Of a stretch of DNA of 64,000 nt, positions 42,110-51,903 are shown one piece after another. The notes under the pieces were generated by a model. It saw nothing but the letters and a program-made list of their open reading frames with translations. It had not been told where the DNA came from and did no database searches. The position numbers and the translations under genes were made by a program. The stretch is from Vulcanimicrobiota bacterium (GTDB lineage: Bacteria; Vulcanimicrobiota; Vulcanimicrobiia; Vulcanimicrobiales; Vulcanimicrobiaceae). Within the stretch, counting starts at the first letter, position 1; each line of letters begins with the position of its first letter. The stretch spans positions 320,001 to 384,000 of the forward strand of contig OY970223.1 in the NCBI GenBank assembly GCA_963714015.1, written 5' to 3'.

Positions 42110-42139
42110 GGAAAGGCCCTGTATTTACAGGGCCTTTCC
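42110..42139 (+). terminator. Hairpin terminator
   Basis: GGAAAGGCCCTGTA-TT-TACAGGGCCTTTCC. Confidence 0.75.
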
Positions 42140-42253
42140 TCTTCAAGAACCGCAATTATGGCGCGTACGCGGCGAAATACTCCTTTTTGCCGTTTCCGCG
42201 GCTTTTTCGGTACGGTCCGACGGCGATGGAGAGCGTTGGAAGAATTCCTAAGC

Positions 42254-43198
42254 ATGCTGTACACTTCACGCATCTCTGCCATGCTTGCCGCCGCTGCGGC
42301 TGCCGCCGCGCTCGGTGGCTGCGCGGGCGGTTCGCAAAGCGCGCTGCCCTCCCAGTCCACATCGTTCTACGCCGTTCGCCGGGCGCAAGCGGCGCCGTCA
42401 GGTCCAAAGGTCTTCGTTTCGGATTTTGGATCGAACGTCGTGCGCATCTATCCCGCCGGCGTCGCTAGTCCATCCCCGATAGGGTCCATCGATGAAGGCA
42501 TCGCCGGGCCCGACGGATTGGCCGTCGACTCAAAAGGTACGTTGTACGTAACGAATTCTTCGAACAACACGCTTACCGAGTATCCGGCCGGAGTGACGTC
42601 GCCCAGCGTAACAATCTCGAATGGGCTGAGCACCCCAACCGCAGTTGCGGTCAGCACGAACGGAACCGTCGCGGTCAGCGAGTTTCCCGCCGGCACGATC
42701 GTCGAGTACAAACCGGGTGCAACCTCGCCGTCGGTGACCATGACGCTGCTGACGTACCCGGAAGGCTTGGCCTGGGACAGCAAAGGCGACCTGTACGCCG
42801 CTTGGAACGTCAACAACGGGAACGGTTTGACCGGACATGTCAGCAAGTGCGAACATCTGAAAGCCGTGTGCCTGGATCAAGGCATCGCAGCGGGCCAGAG
42901 CGGCGGACTTGCCATCGACAGCGCGGGAAATATCGTCCTCGGCGATCAAACCAACTCGGCCGTGAATGTCTACGCACCCGGTAAAACCTCACCGCTGCGT
43001 ACGATCAGCGTGACGGGACACGATCCGGCTAAATTCGCGTTGAACCTGAGCGAGAAACGCCTATACGTCTCGGACATCGAGAACAGCATCGTGGTAACGT
43101 ACGCCTACACGTCGGGTAAGCCAGGCTTTGTAATCCAGAACAGCCTCACTTCCGCAACGGGCGTCTCCCTCAGTCCCGCAGCCAAGAACGGACCCTGA
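42254..43198 (+). CDS. Lipoprotein with NHL-like beta-propeller
   Basis: Lipobox LGGC; PDGLAVDSKGTLYV, PEGLAWDSKGDLY repeats. Confidence 0.8.
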   Translation: MLYTSRISAMLAAAAAAAALGGCAGGSQSALPSQSTSFYAVRRAQAAPSGPKVFVSDFGSNVVRIYPAGVASPSPIGSIDEGIAGPDGLAVDSKGTLYVTNSSNNTLTEYPAGVTSPSVTISNGLSTPTAVAVSTNGTVAVSEFPAGTIVEYKPGATSPSVTMTLLTYPEGLAWDSKGDLYAAWNVNNGNGLTGHVSKCEHLKAVCLDQGIAAGQSGGLAIDSAGNIVLGDQTNSAVNVYAPGKTSPLRTISVTGHDPAKFALNLSEKRLYVSDIENSIVVTYAYTSGKPGFVIQNSLTSATGVSLSPAAKNGP

Positions 43199-43290
43199 GC
43201 TATCGGGTAATGCATTAGTACCAGCTCACTCGCGGAAATAAGTCCCACCGCTTCTTGAAGGGCGGCGCCACCGGATCCGGTTAAGCCTGA

Positions 43291-44802
43291 GTGATGGCCC
43301 GGTCGGATCCGGCGCGCTCCGATTATTGCGCATCGCGCCATCTGCTTCGGAATTTGAACCAACCACGCCGCCTTCGGCGCAATCCGTTGGCCGCGGGATT
43401 TTTTGCAGCTGACGACGACCATAGCGCGCTCGCGCGCATCAGGCATCGGATTTCTCGCGCCTTCGACGTCATCGATGCGTTTGAAGCGCAGTATGCGCGC
43501 CGGGCCGCGCGCTGGGTAACGATTCTCGTACGCGTCGACGTAGAGCGCCACGATCCAAGTGCCGTCGCTTCGGATTTGGGTCTATCGATCCGTCAGTTTC
43601 ATCGCGAGCGGCGCAATGCTCACGACCGGTTCATCGCCGCCTACCGCACGACGCAATCGCAACAAACACCTATCTTGGTGGAAGACAAGTTTGACGGCCG
43701 CTTATTGCAGCGAGCCGTCGCGCTGGCCGACTCGGGTGAAGTTTCTTCGGCTCAAGCTATTCTGCTGGACGTTGCGCGAAGCGCCGACGACGGCACCCGC
43801 GTCGAGGCCCTCGCGCAGCTCGCCGAATCGGAAACCTGGGGACACCGCCTCGAACGCGCCCAGGCGCATCTAAACGATGCAAAGGCCCTGTTCGCGCGGG
43901 CTAATTTTTCCACCGATCAAGAACAGCGCTTGCGCGACGTTTTCGAAGCAGCGGAACTGCGCCTGCGCTGGTTTCGAAACGGTCCGGGATCTTTGCACAA
44001 CGGCCACAAGGAGCGGCGGCCGGGCGCCCACGTCACGCTTCTGCAAGCCGCGGCCCTCCTTCGCACCGGCGACGCGCCGCACGCCGCGGCGCTGCTCCAG
44101 AACTCCGAGGTTGAATTCGGCGCACTGGATGCGGCGAGCAGCGTCGACTTGCTCATCCTGCGGGCCGAGCTCGCCGACTTCACCGCCGAAGCGCCGCTGC
44201 TCAGCGAGGTGCTCTTCGAACGCGCGATCTCAACTGCGCAAGCGAATGGTCTGCATGGACGTGAACTCTACGCGCGTCATCAATCGCAGATCACGCGGTG
44301 GGCACATACGCGCAACGCCGCAGACCGCAGCGCGTACCGGGCACTCGTCGATAAGATCGACCGATCGCTCTCACCTCGTTTGCGATCCTACTTGACTTTT
44401 TCGGCGGCCGACATCGAGTCTGCGATCGGCAATCCGCAGCGCGCCCTGGACATGGCGGCAGCTTCCGCGTTGGTATCTACGAATGCGTACGAAACCATAT
44501 CGGCGCACGGCCTCGCCGCGGGTGCCCTTCTACGTTTGGGAAGGGTCGCCGAAGCGGGAGCCCAAGCCGCTTCTTCCGCGCATGCCGCGCGAGCGGCAGG
44601 ATTTGCGCGGATCGTTTCGCTCTCCCAGCGGATCAATGCGCAAGCGCTGTTTGCGGAAGGAAACCGGCGTGCCGCGCGCGGCGCGATCGAGGAATCGATC
44701 GAATGCGCGCGGCACTTTTCCAGCGCTCATGCTCTTGCGCAAGCGCAGGCCGTCCTGGCGCGGATAACCGGCAAGATCCGCTCCAAAGAGATTCCAATCT
44801 AA
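43291..44802 (+). CDS. Putative regulator: N-terminal HTH plus TPR-like helical domain
   Basis: AVASDLGLSIRQFHRERRNA (HTH-like) followed by Ala-rich helical repeats. Confidence 0.6.
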   Translation: MMARSDPARSDYCASRHLLRNLNQPRRLRRNPLAAGFFAADDDHSALARIRHRISRAFDVIDAFEAQYARRAARWVTILVRVDVERHDPSAVASDLGLSIRQFHRERRNAHDRFIAAYRTTQSQQTPILVEDKFDGRLLQRAVALADSGEVSSAQAILLDVARSADDGTRVEALAQLAESETWGHRLERAQAHLNDAKALFARANFSTDQEQRLRDVFEAAELRLRWFRNGPGSLHNGHKERRPGAHVTLLQAAALLRTGDAPHAAALLQNSEVEFGALDAASSVDLLILRAELADFTAEAPLLSEVLFERAISTAQANGLHGRELYARHQSQITRWAHTRNAADRSAYRALVDKIDRSLSPRLRSYLTFSAADIESAIGNPQRALDMAAASALVSTNAYETISAHGLAAGALLRLGRVAEAGAQAASSAHAARAAGFARIVSLSQRINAQALFAEGNRRAARGAIEESIECARHFSSAHALAQAQAVLARITGKIRSKEIPI

Positions 44803-44812
44803 CGCGACGGCC

Positions 44813-45811
44813 TTAATCCGCGCCCGGAACGATCGCGATCCCCTCAACGTCGGCTCCGGAATCTAGTCCGGAAGAGTAACTGTAGAGATACGTTATGCCG
44901 CCCAGGCCCGCGTACTTGTAGACGTCGACTTGTCCGTATTCAAAGTCCGCAACTTCGAGCGTCGAGTCCGGCGCGTTGACTCTTCCGTACACCGATTGGC
45001 CTTTGAGCGCAAACGGACCGTGAGCCGAACATTTGCTCGGGCATCCGCTATAAATCCATAGAGCGCCGGCGGACGTGTCGAACGCTAGAATATTGCCATT
45101 CCCATCGATCTCTAGACCTCCGGGAGACGAATTGTGATACGCAGCAATGCGCACGCCCGGCCCGGTGCCGTTTTTCCAGTAGACGAGAGCAGCGCCGGTT
45201 CCCGACGCATTGGCGCGGCCGCTGGCATAGACGCTGCCGCCCTTATCCTCAGCGACTCCGAAAAGTTGACCGCCGATCGCCGGATTCGAGAGCACTGCGG
45301 TACATCCGGAAGCCAGGCTGCAAATGGAAACTGTGCCGTAGTGCTCTTTAGTCGCCTGAATGTTGCCTACGTATATGGTTCCCGTTTTCGCGTTGCGGCT
45401 GGCAGCGTCGGACGGTTGCCCGTCTTTATCCGGGAACGCGCCAAGCTTGGGTCCGCAGGCGCCGGGACCGCGAAAAACCTTGACGGTTCGGCTGCCGCCG
45501 TCGGGGTCTATCAAATCGCCGGACGCATCAGCCGCAACGTTGACGACGTAAGAACCGGAGATCTGACAAACGGGCGGCAGATTTTGACGCGTCTTCCAGT
45601 AGTCGTAGCCTTCGATCGGCGTATGGTTGTAATACGCCGCGACGTAGACTACGTTTTTTATATCGAACGGGGCGGCCCGGTACCACGCAGGCCGTTGTGC
45701 CTTCGCGTGCTCGTAGACTGGCTGTATCGGAAGCGGCGCGGGGGCGCTTTGCGCGCACCCCGCAATCACCGCTGCTGCGCTGAGGTTAAAGAGGAGGGCA
45801 GCCGGTTTCAT
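44813..45811 (-). CDS. Lipoprotein with beta-propeller repeats
   Basis: Lipobox IAGC; VAADASGDL, GVAEDKGGSVY, PGGLEIDGNGNIL. Confidence 0.75.
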   Translation of the reverse strand: MKPAALLFNLSAAAVIAGCAQSAPAPLPIQPVYEHAKAQRPAWYRAAPFDIKNVVYVAAYYNHTPIEGYDYWKTRQNLPPVCQISGSYVVNVAADASGDLIDPDGGSRTVKVFRGPGACGPKLGAFPDKDGQPSDAASRNAKTGTIYVGNIQATKEHYGTVSICSLASGCTAVLSNPAIGGQLFGVAEDKGGSVYASGRANASGTGAALVYWKNGTGPGVRIAAYHNSSPGGLEIDGNGNILAFDTSAGALWIYSGCPSKCSAHGPFALKGQSVYGRVNAPDSTLEVADFEYGQVDVYKYAGLGGITYLYSYSSGLDSGADVEGIAIVPGAD

Positions 45812-45819
45812 CCGCTCGT

Positions 45820-46842
45820 TTAGCGCGGCGCTGCCGGATCGAAGGCGATCCCGTACGGAATGGCGTTGCTCGACCAGCCGTTCGTTATCGTGTCGACCAG
45901 TGCGCCGGTCTTGTAGTTATAGCAAACTACGTCAGGCGTGTTAGGGTTCGCGTACGCTACGCAGACTTTATATTCGCTTGCGTCGAACTGCGGTTCGTTG
46001 CCGAACGCGTTGATCTGACGCACCGGACCGCTAGTGTACGGGGGCGCCCAAACGCCTAGAGTGTTCGAGAGCGTCTCCATCACCAAGTTCTTCGAGGTGT
46101 CGAACGTGATGTCGCCGAGGTTGGCGTCCTGAATCGCAATCGCTTTGCCCTTACTCGAACCGGCCGCAAACTTCATCAGCGCCGGCGGGCCACTCGTAGG
46201 GATGTAGGAGACGTACACGTTGTTCTTGGCATCGACGCCGATGTTCGTGACGATCTCGAACGAAGGATCGGTCAGCGTTGCCGTCGGCGTTGTACTGCCA
46301 TGCGCCCATACCGTGATGTTTCCCGGCGGCCCCGTCGTACTTTCCGCATTCGCGGCATACACGGTGTTGTTACTGTCGACGGCGACACTGGTGGGATAAT
46401 AATTCGGATCGCTCAGCGTTCTAAACGGCGTCGTCTCGCCGCGCTTAAAAGCGACGACGTTGAACGCGTTGGTGTTCGCAACCCAAAGACGATGGTATTT
46501 GTCGACGGCGACGCCTTGTGGACTGGTCAAGCCGCTCGTCAACTGTCCAATCGGGGCTTGATTGTTGCCGCCGGCCGGATAGATGTTGACGAAGCCGCCG
46601 TTGTACGAGGCCGCGTAGAGAATTGGTTTGAGCACGGCTTCGTGAGAGATCCAGCCCGGGTTGCTCGAAGACGGACGAACCATACCGCCGAAGCGATACA
46701 CGGCTCCGCCGGCCTGCACGACGTGTTCGCCTCGCGCGGCCATGCTGTTTCCGCCGGCGGATCCGGGCGAAGGGGTAACCGTAGACGCCGCCGAGCAGGC
46801 GGCTAGAAGAATGACGCCCGCGCTTAGAATGGCAAACCGCAT
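45820..46842 (-). CDS. Lipoprotein with NHL-like beta-propeller
   Basis: GGAGG RBS; lipobox LAAC; PQGVAVDKYHRLWV, PTSVAVDSNNTVY. Confidence 0.8.
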   Translation of the reverse strand: MRFAILSAGVILLAACSAASTVTPSPGSAGGNSMAARGEHVVQAGGAVYRFGGMVRPSSSNPGWISHEAVLKPILYAASYNGGFVNIYPAGGNNQAPIGQLTSGLTSPQGVAVDKYHRLWVANTNAFNVVAFKRGETTPFRTLSDPNYYPTSVAVDSNNTVYAANAESTTGPPGNITVWAHGSTTPTATLTDPSFEIVTNIGVDAKNNVYVSYIPTSGPPALMKFAAGSSKGKAIAIQDANLGDITFDTSKNLVMETLSNTLGVWAPPYTSGPVRQINAFGNEPQFDASEYKVCVAYANPNTPDVVCYNYKTGALVDTITNGWSSNAIPYGIAFDPAAPR

Positions 46843-47050
46843 GGCTGACCTCCCAGAGTGATGAATCGTCTGGCGCTTTTGCAAGCATGCGGGCCGGCGG
46901 CCTTCGGCTACTTCAAACCAAGGCGAATTTTGGCAGAAAGGTACTCTTTCGAAAGCCCTTGTCCACCGGAAGGGGCCGCAAGGACTAGGCGGCTTTAGGA
47001 CTCGGGGACTTGGCCGCCGGCCGGTCTCGAACTATGGTAATTGGGAGGTT

Positions 47051-47419
47051 ATGCCGACGTATCACGCCACGTTCACCACCGATCCGCGCAGTGTCGTGCT
47101 CGCCCGCAATGCGATCGGACGATTCGCGCGCATCTGCGGTTTTTCGGAGCCGGACGTTGCCGATATTCGCTTTGCAGCAGGCGAGGCGCTCATTGCTTCG
47201 GCCGAGAACAGCCGCAGCCGCCGCGGCGGCGGTTTTTCGGTCCACTGCGCGTTTGAGTGCGACGAGTTGCGTGTGGAGATCCAAGAGAGTCAGACCGGTC
47301 AAATCACCGCCGGAGCCAACTCTTACGGCACCATCATCATGCGTTCGCTGATGAACGACGTTTCATATTCAAAAGGCGGCACCCGCGTCCGCCTCGTGAA
47401 GAAACTCGAGCCCGTTTAA
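47051..47419 (+). CDS. RsbW-like anti-sigma factor (HATPase fold), degenerate
   Basis: GGAGG RBS; DIRFAAGEAL, YGTIIMRSLMNDVSY, GTRVRLVK; N-box Asn and DxG motif not canonical. Confidence 0.7.
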   Translation: MPTYHATFTTDPRSVVLARNAIGRFARICGFSEPDVADIRFAAGEALIASAENSRSRRGGGFSVHCAFECDELRVEIQESQTGQITAGANSYGTIIMRSLMNDVSYSKGGTRVRLVKKLEPV

Positions 47420-47426
47420 GCTCTAC

Positions 47427-48756
47427 TTATCTGACGGCGGCGATCTTTTTCGTCAGGATGTTCAGCGCCGCCTGAAGCTGCGCGTCGTGTCCGAGTTCGC
47501 CGTACCGCGCGTCGTTGTTCTCCGTGACGCTGAAGTCGGGAACGATTCCCTTGAGATTGATGTCGCGGTTTTTCGGCGTGAGATAGTGCGCCGTCGTGAT
47601 CTTGATTGCAGCACCGTCCGAGAGGGGCGTCAGCGACTGCATCACGCCTTTGCCGAACGTCCTCTCGCCGACCAGCACGCCTACGCCGTCATCCTGGAGC
47701 GCGCCTGCGGTGATCTCAGAGGCTGATGCGGTATTGCGATTGACCAAGATGGCCATCGGTTTGCGCGGCAGCGCATCGCTCGAAGCGTCGATGGTCGTGC
47801 TGTGATCGCCGCGCTCTTCAATCGTCAGAAGCGGATCGTCGTTGATGAACTTGGAGCTCGATATCCAGCGCCGAGTTCACATAGCCGCCGCCATCGTCAC
47901 GCAAATCGAGTACGTACGCGCGCACGTTCGCTTTTTCCAAACGATCCAGCGCGAGCGCAAACTCGTCGGGCGTATCCTTTCCGAAAGCCAGAATCCAGAT
48001 GTAGCCGACCTGCTGCGGCAACATCTTGAAAATGACCGTCGGAGGCTGCACCTGGGAACGGGTGATCGCAAGATCGCCGGCTGATTTCCCGTCGCGCTGC
48101 ACGACGATATGCACCGCAGTTCCGGTTTCGCCGCGCAGAAGCTTGGTAGCGTCGTCGCTGCTCAAGCCTTTGGTAGATTTACCGTCGACGCTGACCAGCA
48201 AATCACCCGATTGCAATCCCGCGCGTTCCGCCGGCGTTCCCGGGACGACGTAGTAGGCGCGAATGAATTTTGTCGTTTCGTCCGGCTGAATGAGCACGCC
48301 GATACCCGAAATCTTGTCAGGATCCAGCGCTTCATTAAACTCTTTGTACTCGTCCGGTGTGAAGAACGTGGTCCATCGATCGCCGACGGCCTTGGCCATG
48401 CCGTCGATTGCATCGTATGTCAATGCCGTCGCGGACTCGTGGGTTTGGGTTTGAACGGTCTCGATGGCCGCAGCGATCTCGTCGACGTCTCCGTCAACCG
48501 CTCCACTGTCGTGAAAGGCCGGGAAAGCGATCTTGACGCCCTTCTTTTGGGCCGCTTCCTGTAATGCAACGCGGGCGCCGTCGAGCAGTTTTTGGGAATC
48601 GATCTTCGAGTAGTAGGTCGTTGAGAGCAGCTCGAAACTTCTTTGAAGATCGTCCGCGGGCGCCTGTACCGAATCGGCCGGCGCAGCCGCGGCCATAGCC
48701 GGCAGTGCCAAAAGCACGGCCAGCGCCGTCGCAAACCGGCGGAAATACCATTGCAT
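47427..48756 (-). CDS. S41A carboxy-terminal processing protease; +1 indel ~47859
   Basis: SGIGV, PAERAGLQSGD (PDZ), LDLRDDGGG, TASASEI, GERTFGKG, TAHYLTP, GIVPD. Confidence 0.88.
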
Positions 48757-49183
48757 CAGGGAAGAAAACCTCGCTTTCACTTTCCTTAGGTCATCGACAT
48801 TTCGCCCCTGGACGGTATAAATACCCCGGGCGAGCAGGCAGTCCTATAACGAAGAACTCCCCGGCTCCATAGTAAACGAAAAAATGAACCGGTGCATCAC
48901 CGCCGCATCAAACACTGTCAAAATTCGGTTCGAGCGCCGGAGCACCGCTTGGGGCCGCCCGGTCCAGCAGATGCCGAGCGGGCGGCAGCATCGACGCCGG
49001 GGCCCGACCGGTTGGTAAAATGCCGAGAAAGGTGAAGTAAAACGGCACCTGCCCCCTCCGCTCCGGAAAGCTGGTAAATCGGCATGTCCCTGATCCGGTC
49101 TACAAGGCGAGTCTTCGTACGAACGCAGCGACGGAAACGATTACGTTTTGCTGGCGGAAGTGCCAAGGCCGATTAGCGGACGT

Positions 49184-50329
49184 ATGACGCGGGGTGCGGC
49201 ATTTACGTCCGAAAAGCGCGCTTCCGCGGCAGCGTATGCAGCCGCCGTTTTGCTGCTCACCGGTCTTTTGCTCGCCGCCTGGCAATTCTTCACCATCGGT
49301 AAGAGCGTTCTGCGCCAGGCCGCCTATGCCGACTCGCTGGGCGCCGCGCAAGGTGCGCTTTTGCAGTTGATCAACGAAGAAACCGGCGTACGCGGTTACG
49401 TGGCGACCGGCGACCAGCGGTTTCTGCAGATATTCTATGACTCGCGCCGGCCGTTGACGATCGCTACGTTGAGCCTCGGCCGTACCATGCGCGACGATCC
49501 TAGTGCGCAAGCGACGTTCGCGCGCTATTTTCAAGATCGCCGCCGGGTTGAAGGCTTTTTTCGGTCCGAAATCGGCTTGGTACAGCGTGGGCGGCAGGGT
49601 GTGGCGCTACGCCGCCTGAGCCGGGGGAGATTGTTTTTCGATCAGCTTCGCCGCGACGACGCTGCTCTTCAAGCGCTGCTGACCGGCCGCCTCAACGCGC
49701 AGCGGCGGTCCACGCTTCTGCTCTCGCGATCGGGTGAGAGCATCAGCCTCATCGTTTGCGGCGCGGTCGTCGTGCTGCTGGTCGCGTTTATCTTTATCGC
49801 CGAACGGTCTCGAGCATACCGCGCTTCTTCTTTGCGTGACCAGCTCACCGGCGCGGGCAACCGCGAACGCGCGCTCACCAAACTTCAGACACTGGTAAAG
49901 CAACGAGACGCAAAGCCTTTCGGGATCGTTTTCGTCGATCTGGACGGCTTCAAGAAGATCAACGATCGCTACGGGCACGCAGCGGGGGATGCGATTCTGA
50001 AAGCGGTCGCATCCAGAATGAGAGGCGAACTGCGCGAGGACGACGTCGTCTGCCGGATGGGCGGCGACGAATTTCTGGCGATCGTCATCGATCCCGGCGA
50101 GGCGGAGGGCCTGAACGCCATCGCTCGACGGCTGCGCAATGCGGTGAAGCGGTCGTACACGTTCGAGGGGGACGAGTACGTCATCGGATGCAGCATGGGC
50201 ACGTGCCGCTTTCCGCAAGACGAGCGCACCGTCGACGGACTACTGGAGCGAGCGGACGTTGCGATGTACCGTGCAAAGGTCGCTGGGGGCGGCGTTCAAT
50301 CAGCAAGCCCGAGAGCTGAATCGGCGTAG
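49184..50329 (+). CDS. CHASE3-GGDEF diguanylate cyclase
   Basis: EETGVRGYVATGDQRFL between TM helices; DQLTG, DLDGFKKINDRYGHAAGD, REDD I-site, GGDEF, ADVAMY. Confidence 0.92.
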   Translation: MTRGAAFTSEKRASAAAYAAAVLLLTGLLLAAWQFFTIGKSVLRQAAYADSLGAAQGALLQLINEETGVRGYVATGDQRFLQIFYDSRRPLTIATLSLGRTMRDDPSAQATFARYFQDRRRVEGFFRSEIGLVQRGRQGVALRRLSRGRLFFDQLRRDDAALQALLTGRLNAQRRSTLLLSRSGESISLIVCGAVVVLLVAFIFIAERSRAYRASSLRDQLTGAGNRERALTKLQTLVKQRDAKPFGIVFVDLDGFKKINDRYGHAAGDAILKAVASRMRGELREDDVVCRMGGDEFLAIVIDPGEAEGLNAIARRLRNAVKRSYTFEGDEYVIGCSMGTCRFPQDERTVDGLLERADVAMYRAKVAGGGVQSASPRAESA

Positions 50330-50569
50330 CATCCGATCGGGCGAACATTAGCCTGAGCTAAATTGATTGCTCGTGTCGCAACGAAGTCTTAATCTTTCGC
50401 ATAGGGCACAGTAAGAGCTGAGGCTTATGGCCTATTGCGCCTCTTCGGCACGGATGCAACGCTTTAGCGTACTGCTTCAGAGGCAAATTAAGTCGTCTGA
50501 ACCGTAACTCTGCTTTGGACATATAGTCGTTGGAAACGATTACTACACTCTGCTAGGAGGGGTTTTTCC

Positions 50570-51748
50570 TTGAAACGTTTTGCGCTTTGGACCGGCGTCG
50601 CGTCATGTATGGCGTCGCTGGTCTTGTCGGCGTGCTCGGGCGGTAGCCCGCAATCGCCGATTTCGACGCTGCCCCAGACTTTGGGATCGCGTCAAGTTCA
50701 GAGTTCCGCTGTCGACAGGAGCTCGATGCATCCGTATTACACGGTGCTGCCGCCCAAGAATGTTGACTACGACGCGCTCATTCATGGCGCCTCGACCACG
50801 ATTCCGTACTTCACGGCAAAGATCAAATCGCCGCTCGACGGTAACACGTACACCTACTCCATCGCCGGCACGAATCCGAGCACGAACAAAGTCTCGACCA
50901 ATCTGGTGTACGTTCCGATCGTCGCCGTGATCAAGTTCCCGGGCGGCGTTACGCTCGACCCGACGAAACCGGGCTGCAACGACAGCGTCTCCGTCTCGGA
51001 CCGCTTCTACAAAGGGCCGAATTTCGTTCCGACAAGCCTATCCTCAAATGGCGTGAACGTCGGCAAGGTTCAGATCAACGACGGCGATATGCGCGCGCAG
51101 TGGTGGAAATTGGTCCAGGGAAGCAACTATCACCTGGTTCTCAAGGCGTCGGTCTCGTCGCCCATCGTCGTCAACCTCACGGCTCCGTCCGGCTCGACGA
51201 CTCAGGCCGGCGTCTGCTCGGGCGCCAGCCACGATTTGGGTGAAATTCCGATCAACGCTTACGACTCGCTGGTGCAGTCGCTCGCGACCAAATACGCCAA
51301 GGTGAACCAAGTGCCGCTGGTACTTTCGTACAACGTCGTAGAGACGGAAGGCGGCTGCTGCGTCATCGGTTACCACAGCGCGTTCGGCCGCAGCGGCGGC
51401 ACGCAAGTGTACTCCGTCGGATCGTACATGGATCCGGGCTTCTTTAACGTACCGATTGAAGACATCCACGCATGGACGCACGAGATCGGCGAGTTGATGA
51501 ACGATCCGTTCGTCAATAACGGGACGCCCGCATGGGGCCACGTCGGTCAGGTTTCGGGCTGCCAGAACAATCTGGAAGTCGGCGACCCGCTTACCGGCAT
51601 TCCGTTTATCAAGAAATATAACGGCTTCACGTACCATCCGCAAGAACTCGCATTCTTCGATTGGTTCTTCCGCACGCCGGCCGAAGGCACGGGCGGCAAG
51701 TACTCGTTCAGAGGAACATTCACGACCGCGCAGGGCGCTTGCAACTAA
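50570..51748 (+). CDS. Lipoprotein with HExxE motif (putative metallo-hydrolase)
   Basis: GGAGG RBS; lipobox LSAC; CCVIGYHSA, HEIGELMNDP, LEVGDPL. Confidence 0.72.
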   Translation: MKRFALWTGVASCMASLVLSACSGGSPQSPISTLPQTLGSRQVQSSAVDRSSMHPYYTVLPPKNVDYDALIHGASTTIPYFTAKIKSPLDGNTYTYSIAGTNPSTNKVSTNLVYVPIVAVIKFPGGVTLDPTKPGCNDSVSVSDRFYKGPNFVPTSLSSNGVNVGKVQINDGDMRAQWWKLVQGSNYHLVLKASVSSPIVVNLTAPSGSTTQAGVCSGASHDLGEIPINAYDSLVQSLATKYAKVNQVPLVLSYNVVETEGGCCVIGYHSAFGRSGGTQVYSVGSYMDPGFFNVPIEDIHAWTHEIGELMNDPFVNNGTPAWGHVGQVSGCQNNLEVGDPLTGIPFIKKYNGFTYHPQELAFFDWFFRTPAEGTGGKYSFRGTFTTAQGACN

Positions 51749-51765
51749 CTGTCGCGTAGACAAAG

Positions 51766-51798
51766 AGAGCCGCGGCGCTGCGTCGCGGCTCTTTTTTT
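51766..51798 (+). terminator. Intrinsic terminator
   Basis: AGAGCCGCGGCG-CTG-CGTCGCGGCTCT-TTTTTT. Confidence 0.85.
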
Positions 51799-51807
51799 CA
51801 TACCCCT

Positions 51808-51870
51808 AACTAATATTTTAGTTGACAGGGCCCGCCGCGGATGCTACTATCTACTAAACCTTTAGTAGAT
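51808..51870 (+). promoter_or_regulatory. Sigma70 promoter flanked by two ACTAA-N4-TTAGT operators
   Basis: TTGACA(51822)-N17-TACTAT(51845) with extended TG; palindromes at 51809-51822 and 51853-51866. Confidence 0.75.
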
Positions 51871-51903
51871 GAGCGGGTTCGGCTTGAAAGCGAGCGGAGC
51901 GTT

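Noticed and set aside
48932..49000. glmS ribozyme (starts AGCGCC)
   Set aside because: Lacks GACGAGG and the downstream core; no glmS gene adjacent.
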